Shown piece by piece: positions 53,611 to 59,424 of a stretch of DNA of 59,424 nt. This stretch comes from a virus. Taxonomy: Duplodnaviria > Caudoviricetes. Below the pieces are notes generated by a model. The model ran no database searches. It was not told the origin of the DNA and worked only from the letters and a program-made list of their open reading frames with translations. Position numbers and translations under genes: made by a program. Positions within the stretch are counted from its first letter, which is position 1. Each line of letters starts with the position of its first letter. The stretch is taken from the IMG/VR virus record IMGVR_UViG_3300048772_000090, positions 1 to 59,424 of that record, one strand, 5' to 3'.

Positions 53611-55539
53611 TTACGCCACCTGTTGTCCGGTCTGTGCGTCGTACCACTGCTTTCCGTCTGCCGATGCAATGCGGTGTCCGGTCTTCGGATTCACAGCCAA
53701 ATGATTGTACGCGACTTGTCCTTGCCCCGCAGGGGCCATCCGTTTGGCCTTCTCCATAAGCTCTTTTGGAGTGGAAGTGGGAGCAACGGAAGACTGCGGC
53801 CCATCTGAATCATATGATTTAGCAGGAGGTTTACGGGTTGGGCGAGTAGAAAGTATACCGCTATCTCTGTAGCCAATCAAAGCGCGTATAGGAAGCGAAA
53901 GGATATTGTCTCCCCAGACCTCGCTCCCCCCTGGAGATGAGGCTATTTTTCGTGCTTTCGATTCCAGAGTATGACCAAATGCTCGTGCTACCTTAGTATT
54001 TGCTTGGCTCTCAACATCATTCGCACCGAGTTTCATCGGTAATCTGTGAAGTCCTACTCCTACCCCAGATGGCGTTGCGTAACCGCCGATATTCATTCCT
54101 TTCGTGGCACCTTGACGCGATTCTGTGTATATTTTTTCCATGTTATCAAGCAGTTGGTTTTCCAGACTTATCAGGGCACCACGCTTACCTTGTAATTCAG
54201 CAGTAGTCCCTAAAGGCTGACCGGATAGCCTATCCATTTCAGGATAAGTAACTTTACGTATGTAGTCCGCTATAGATTTATCCACCTCAAACAGTGGGTG
54301 GGTACTCAAGAACAACCGTTTTCCGTCAGGAGTTAGTGAATAATAATCATTAAGTTCGTTACCAATACGGATACGCTCTTTAGCCAACTGCCCATAAGTC
54401 CACGGCTTCTGCTGAAAGGTTAACGCTCTATCTTTTACCATCTGTAGGTACTTTTTCGCAGCAGTTACGCTTGGGTCTCTACCTGTCAGTGATGCTCTGT
54501 GGACTATACCCTCATCTTTTGTTGCAAAATTATTTATCAAATCAGCCAATGGAGTAGGGTTGGGAGCCACATCTTTTAATGGAACAATTGCTTTTCCTTG
54601 CCGCACAGGAAGGTTCATCTTCTCGTCAACTTGTGTACCTATGTCTTTTTTCAAATCATTTATATTGTCATATAAATCTCTAACCGTGACAGCAGGCTTA
54701 CCCGCTTTCTCCGTTTCCATAACGTCGTTGATGACTTTTTCTAGTGTTCCTCCTGATTTATACGCCGATTTTCCTGTTCCAACCGTCGCTTCTTTTGCGA
54801 TAGGATCGCCATAATCAAACATCCCTGCGGAATAAAGATTATTGATAGACCTACCCAGTGTAGGGCGAATGGCTTTCCCAATCCCCATCCCTATTCCTTG
54901 AGCTATAGCCTGGTCTATTCCTGCATGGATGATTCTTCTTCTTCTTTCGGCCCAAGTGTTTCTCCACGGCTCGTTATACTTATCTACTCCCTCAACATGC
55001 TCAAGACCCTGACGTACCGCTTCAGCCCCCGCTCCTGCAATGGAAGCACCAGAAACCTCTCCAGCGTATCCGCCAAATTCTGGTCCTATTGGCCCACTTT
55101 CGGGGGCAACATATTCCCCTACTGCTGCTCCAGCAATTCTTCCTACATGGGCACCAAAAGGCCCAGCTATATTCGAGAGGTTTTCTTGCCCCCAATTCAA
55201 CAAACCAAGAGCCTTCTGCTTCATCCACTGCTTTGACTCAGGAGTTAGTTGGGGAATGCTCATCACTGTTCCATTACCAGTGCTTCTAGCCTCAAATCCT
55301 GTCCACTCAGGGGCTTTCCCTATACTAGTTGCATGACCTACTGATACCCCTAATTTATTCAGTTTATCGTCTAATTCTTCTGGACTCATTCCATATATGG
55401 CAGCTTTTTTCTGATCCGGGGTCAGAGAATACCACTTCCTCTTTTCATCAATATTTTGGTCGAGAGGCTGCGCGTCAGACAGCTTTGCCCTACCGCTTTG
55501 TGGTATAGGCTGTGCGTCACTGAGTTTCGCTGTAGGCAT
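53611..55539 (-). CDS. probable internal virion / DNA ejection protein
   Basis: 642 aa with a Gly/Ala-rich glycine-zipper-like segment; gene position. Confidence 0.55.
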   Translation of the reverse strand: MPTAKLSDAQPIPQSGRAKLSDAQPLDQNIDEKRKWYSLTPDQKKAAIYGMSPEELDDKLNKLGVSVGHATSIGKAPEWTGFEARSTGNGTVMSIPQLTPESKQWMKQKALGLLNWGQENLSNIAGPFGAHVGRIAGAAVGEYVAPESGPIGPEFGGYAGEVSGASIAGAGAEAVRQGLEHVEGVDKYNEPWRNTWAERRRRIIHAGIDQAIAQGIGMGIGKAIRPTLGRSINNLYSAGMFDYGDPIAKEATVGTGKSAYKSGGTLEKVINDVMETEKAGKPAVTVRDLYDNINDLKKDIGTQVDEKMNLPVRQGKAIVPLKDVAPNPTPLADLINNFATKDEGIVHRASLTGRDPSVTAAKKYLQMVKDRALTFQQKPWTYGQLAKERIRIGNELNDYYSLTPDGKRLFLSTHPLFEVDKSIADYIRKVTYPEMDRLSGQPLGTTAELQGKRGALISLENQLLDNMEKIYTESRQGATKGMNIGGYATPSGVGVGLHRLPMKLGANDVESQANTKVARAFGHTLESKARKIASSPGGSEVWGDNILSLPIRALIGYRDSGILSTRPTRKPPAKSYDSDGPQSSVAPTSTPKELMEKAKRMAPAGQGQVAYNHLAVNPKTGHRIASADGKQWYDAQTGQQVA

Positions 55540-57770
55540 TAGTAGTCAAACGTCCCGTCTGGGTAGATATTCTTGATTGTTACTATCTTTCCGCCGAGCA
55601 TCACCTGATCCCCCGCTTTATGTTGTGCTGGTGGGGGAGGAGGAGCATTCAAAAGTGCCGCCTGCTTCTTTAGAACATCGACAGAATTAGACTGAGCTTG
55701 ATCGGCTTGTCCATATAGCCAATTAACGTGAGCCTTATTGATTCCGGGAACTTGATCTAATGCTACCGCCATCGTCCGCAGCATATTAGCGGTACGATTG
55801 CGAAAGTCCTCTGGACTGGAAATATTCATAATAGGGGATTCCTGATAGAGTGGTTGCATCGCACCCATAGCAGACGATCCTCCCTGAATCTTACGCAGGT
55901 TAGGAATAGTTCCCTTCAGTTCAGCTAGGCGGTCTAGAAACTCTACCGCTTGAGGGCCACCTTCGTTCTGCACTTTATTACGAGCAGCAACAATCTGCTC
56001 CGTAGTAACCTTCTGCGCAGCGGTAGCCAATCCTAAAGCTAATGTTATAGTATTCCAAAATCCTGGGTCTTTACTTCCTTCTGGAGTCTGAAGCATAGGA
56101 GCAGCCATAGCCCAGTTAGTGGCTTTCAATAGATCGGGATTATTTAGAATCGTGCTATATTCCCATAAAGGCTTTGCTCCACGCCCTACTACCTGTTGCT
56201 CAACAGTCGCAACTGGAGCAGTAAGGTTGGAGATAGCACGCTCATCTGCTCCCTTCATTGGTGGAAGTTTAGGATCGCGCATTGGAGGAATGTCGGAACT
56301 TCTAGTTTGCTTCGGAGAGGCAGGTTGAGAGGTTGGCTGTGCCGCCCCACCTGACCGTGGAGCAACAGGATGTGTACCCGGCTGATTGGGAATAGCCTGA
56401 CGGACTGCCGCAGGACGAGAAACGCCGCCTCCGCCTGTCATTGGCGATGTTACGCTTGACGTTACAACTGGGCCACCCGGCCCTGGAGTAACAGAAGTCC
56501 TAGACGTTGGTACGCGCACCTGACCAACATTCTGGGGGTTAGCGACTGGTCCTCCTACAGCGGGTTCAAACTTGCGCAGGTTATCACCAGTTTCGTAACG
56601 CCCCTTGTCATTGGCTATCGACCAGTAGCTCTTACCTCCACCTTCAAATACGGGAACGAGAATCGAACCATCGGGAAGAGAGGATAGATCAATAGGATTT
56701 CCATCCTGTCCGCTGTATACCGTTCCTTGCGTCTGTAGATTCCGGGCTAGATCAAGATTGACAGCAGCATTGTAGCCTAGAACTGGACGACCACCTGCGC
56801 TTTTTTCTGTAGGCTTCCAATTTTCAGGCGGAGTAGACGAGTATGTGTTGTCTGGCATCTTATACTTGCCAGTTTTACTGTCGTAAGATAGAGGATAAGG
56901 CTGTCCATTAAGTGTTCCTTCCTTTACCGACCAATTCCCTATCTGTTCATTCCCAGGAATAAGACTGCTTGCATAAGCGGATACATCCTTAGCCTCATCC
57001 TCTTCAGTTGCTTTGGGGTTGAGCATTTTATAGAGTGTTTTGTAATTCTTGATCTTCCCTTGGATCGCTGCAAGGCTACCAGCGTTAGCAGCATTAGCGT
57101 TCACTGTGGCCGTTTGTTCTGGCGACAATCCTGCCCCAGCCTCAAGAGTTTTAGCCTCCTGTTGTGCCTTCTGCATCGCTTTATCTTTTAGTTCTTGAAC
57201 TCGTCCTGCCGCCCACGGCATCTTCGTAACCTTTGGAAGAGGGACAGCAGGAAGAGTGATAGGAGCACCTGCCATCCCCGGAATCGTCGTCGCCGCCACT
57301 CCCGGAACTGTTGTTGTTACACCTCCCCCTTGGGACGGAAGCCCCGGAGTCGTTTGCTGATAAGCGGGCATCTCCGGCGTAGTGATCGGCGCAGGAGCAA
57401 AAGCAGGAAGCGTTACCGCTGGAGACTGTGTTGGAGTAGGGGTAGGCTGCTTGATTCCATGTATGCGTTCACGAAGGTAATGCCAGTCGGCTTGCAAGCG
57501 GCCAGGTGCTTTGATGGGATCGTAAAGTTGACCTAGATTGTATTCATTTTGGGTGGATAAATCCGATACTTTTTTGTACTGGTCAGCATATTCGGGGATT
57601 ACTTCCCCTTTATCGTTTTTATAAGACGACAATTGAACTTGATATGCCTTGCCAGCGGCTATGTATTTGTCACGCTGGTCTGCGTGTTGTTCGTCGGTAA
57701 GCGCATCCTTGCGAGCAATGCGACGTGCCGCAAGTTCCTTCCCAAACGCATATCCTTCGTCAAAGCCCAT
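55539..57770 (-). CDS. probable internal virion / DNA ejection protein
   Basis: 743 aa, Pro/Thr/Ala-rich, AGGAG RBS; gene position. Confidence 0.55.
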   Translation of the reverse strand: MGFDEGYAFGKELAARRIARKDALTDEQHADQRDKYIAAGKAYQVQLSSYKNDKGEVIPEYADQYKKVSDLSTQNEYNLGQLYDPIKAPGRLQADWHYLRERIHGIKQPTPTPTQSPAVTLPAFAPAPITTPEMPAYQQTTPGLPSQGGGVTTTVPGVAATTIPGMAGAPITLPAVPLPKVTKMPWAAGRVQELKDKAMQKAQQEAKTLEAGAGLSPEQTATVNANAANAGSLAAIQGKIKNYKTLYKMLNPKATEEDEAKDVSAYASSLIPGNEQIGNWSVKEGTLNGQPYPLSYDSKTGKYKMPDNTYSSTPPENWKPTEKSAGGRPVLGYNAAVNLDLARNLQTQGTVYSGQDGNPIDLSSLPDGSILVPVFEGGGKSYWSIANDKGRYETGDNLRKFEPAVGGPVANPQNVGQVRVPTSRTSVTPGPGGPVVTSSVTSPMTGGGGVSRPAAVRQAIPNQPGTHPVAPRSGGAAQPTSQPASPKQTRSSDIPPMRDPKLPPMKGADERAISNLTAPVATVEQQVVGRGAKPLWEYSTILNNPDLLKATNWAMAAPMLQTPEGSKDPGFWNTITLALGLATAAQKVTTEQIVAARNKVQNEGGPQAVEFLDRLAELKGTIPNLRKIQGGSSAMGAMQPLYQESPIMNISSPEDFRNRTANMLRTMAVALDQVPGINKAHVNWLYGQADQAQSNSVDVLKKQAALLNAPPPPPAQHKAGDQVMLGGKIVTIKNIYPDGTFDY

Positions 57771-57778
57771 TGAATCTC

Positions 57779-58372
57779 CTATTGGCTCCCGCCCATAAAC
57801 GAATTTAGTGCGCTCTGTCCACCCTTCGAGAAGCTACCGCCAGCCTGACCAAGAGTGCTCAATCCTCCAGTAGCAAACGCTTCAGCAGCACCCACTCCAG
57901 TCGATATACTATTTCCGAGAATGGAATTCTGCCAGTTCTTCATCTGGTCTTGAGACATCTGTTCCTGTTGCTGATAGGCCTTCAAGGATGTTCCTAACAG
58001 GCTTTGCCCCGAACTCATAAGGTTGCTTGCCGCCGATCCAGTAAGGCTAGAAATCGAGTTGTCGATGTTTCCTCGCGTCGTGTCCATGTTCTTCTGGTTT
58101 GACGCATTCGTTCCGCCTGATCGGTTCCCAAACTGAGATGTTGTATTGAGTTGCTGCTGCCCCTGATCCTGCATGGTCTTAATTTGGGGCGCGAGGACCT
58201 TCGCCTGATCTTTAGAGTTTCCACTCAGCAGGGAATTGAAGAAGTTGCTGGAATTTGTGATGTTGCCTTGGCCTATTGCAGAGGAGAAATTACCGATGTT
58301 CCCCGTGCTCGCCATGTCTCCAGAGAGCGTAGAATTTGAGCCACCAAACAAGGATGAGGCAAAGCCTGACAT
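57779..58372 (-). CDS. probable DNA ejection (pilot-like) protein
   Basis: Ser/Gly/Asn/Gln-rich, 197 aa, AGGAG RBS. Confidence 0.55.
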   Translation of the reverse strand: MSGFASSLFGGSNSTLSGDMASTGNIGNFSSAIGQGNITNSSNFFNSLLSGNSKDQAKVLAPQIKTMQDQGQQQLNTTSQFGNRSGGTNASNQKNMDTTRGNIDNSISSLTGSAASNLMSSGQSLLGTSLKAYQQQEQMSQDQMKNWQNSILGNSISTGVGAAEAFATGGLSTLGQAGGSFSKGGQSALNSFMGGSQ

Positions 58373-58451
58373 AAATTCTCCTGTGCGACTCTCCCGGAAG
58401 CGCAGGTTATCTGTTCTAGATTACTCCGTCAGTAGCCTAAAAGCAAGATGT

Positions 58452-59270
58452 TTATACGCTAAAAAAAGGTATCTTGCATATCACTCCGTTGATACTCATT
58501 TCAAGGTATCCGAGCGGGGCAACTGGAAGCGCAGTAGCCGCCCCAGCCGTAGCGGAGGTTGCCGTAATCGCCGCCGTAAGCACTGCCGGAGTTGATTCTG
58601 TCACTGTCCCAGTAAACGTAGGGGATGCGATAGGTGCGAGAAGTGCAAGCGCAGCCGATAGTCCAGAAACATCCCCTATCGCTGGCTGACTGAGGCTGAA
58701 CGCCCCGGTGCTGCTATTATACGAACTGATCCACTGACTGGTAACGGATGGCGTATTAACGGGAACAATAGGTGACGATCCTGCCCACCAAGAAACCCCG
58801 TCAAAGGCCACGACAGCGGAACAGTTCTGGAGCAGGGTTATTGAAGATAACCCATTTATGGTACCCGTCACTGGGGTCAAGGTAACAATCCCGGCTCCAA
58901 GATTAACTATCCAGCAGAACCAAGGCGGAGTTTGAGTGCTAAGGCTTACCGCGATAGGAGATGCGTCCGAAAGCACCACTACCGAGCCATAGTCTCCTTG
59001 CGTCGTTGCATAAGTAGTTACTCCACTCTGATCGTCAACTGCTCCAACCGATGCCGGAGTTGTCGGACTTGCCCCTCCCCCCGTGGTTACGCTCTCCTGA
59101 ACCGTTGTGTTATTGGTAGTGGGGCCGCTAGTCTTCCCTGCCAATAGCGACATTGCCTGCGTATGGTTATTCAATTTCTGGTAGATGAGTGTGAGGTGCT
59201 GTTGAAGCCACGCGGGGGCTTCTGGACTGATTTTGGGAGCGAAGGTTAGGATTGGCGCTGGTTTACTCAT
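58452..59270 (-). CDS. probable tail/structural protein
   Basis: Thr/Ser-rich; APIASPTFTG motif typical of fibre proteins. Confidence 0.55.
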   Translation of the reverse strand: MSKPAPILTFAPKISPEAPAWLQQHLTLIYQKLNNHTQAMSLLAGKTSGPTTNNTTVQESVTTGGGASPTTPASVGAVDDQSGVTTYATTQGDYGSVVVLSDASPIAVSLSTQTPPWFCWIVNLGAGIVTLTPVTGTINGLSSITLLQNCSAVVAFDGVSWWAGSSPIVPVNTPSVTSQWISSYNSSTGAFSLSQPAIGDVSGLSAALALLAPIASPTFTGTVTESTPAVLTAAITATSATAGAATALPVAPLGYLEMSINGVICKIPFFSV

Positions 59271-59424
59271 ACCTGCGCCCCTGGCGACGACAACCCGCCG
59301 AATGGTTTCTCCACCCTAAAACTCCCGTTATCTACCCCCCAAGATCGGACTATGACCTCCAACTCTGGAAGCCAAAGTGAGAAGGGAGCCGAAGAGGTAG
59401 CAGAGAAACCAATCAATCGCCATT

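Overview
A 59.4-kb segment of a tailed dsDNA phage genome (or prophage). From left to right it has: early small genes with a ParB-like protein and a serine recombinase; a recombination block (RusA-like, HNH-AP2, SbcC/Rad50-like ATPase, nucleotidyltransferase-like, PD-(D/E)XK); a replication block (initiator with iterons, DnaB); a ~10.6-kb minus-strand translation-support island (27.9-38.6 kb); two glycosyltransferases; and probable virion/ejection genes including a 2482-aa polyvalent protein. The island encodes a Ro60/TROVE protein with three Y-RNA-like genes, 39 CCA-ending tRNA or tRNA-like genes covering all 20 amino acids, about a dozen unexplained structured RNAs, and a short class-I release factor. 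Main finding: 38 of the tRNAs fall into three operons. Each operon is headed by a sigma70-like promoter, a 23-32-codon leader ORF and mutually exclusive antiterminator/terminator hairpins. The codons of each leader match, often at isoacceptor level, the tRNAs downstream of it (Leu/Ser/Tyr/Cys; Asn/Ala/Thr/Pro/Gln/Gly/His/Phe/Arg-CGN; Arg-AGA,CGG/Lys/Glu/Ile/Val/Asp/Gly/Trp/Met). This looks like ribosome-stalling attenuation that supplies tRNAs only when the host's matching tRNAs fail. The release factor carries a prfB-type CTT-TGA +1 frameshift although it has an RF1-type PxT motif, an analogous on-demand sensor for termination. All calls were made by eye; no database searches or folding programs were run.
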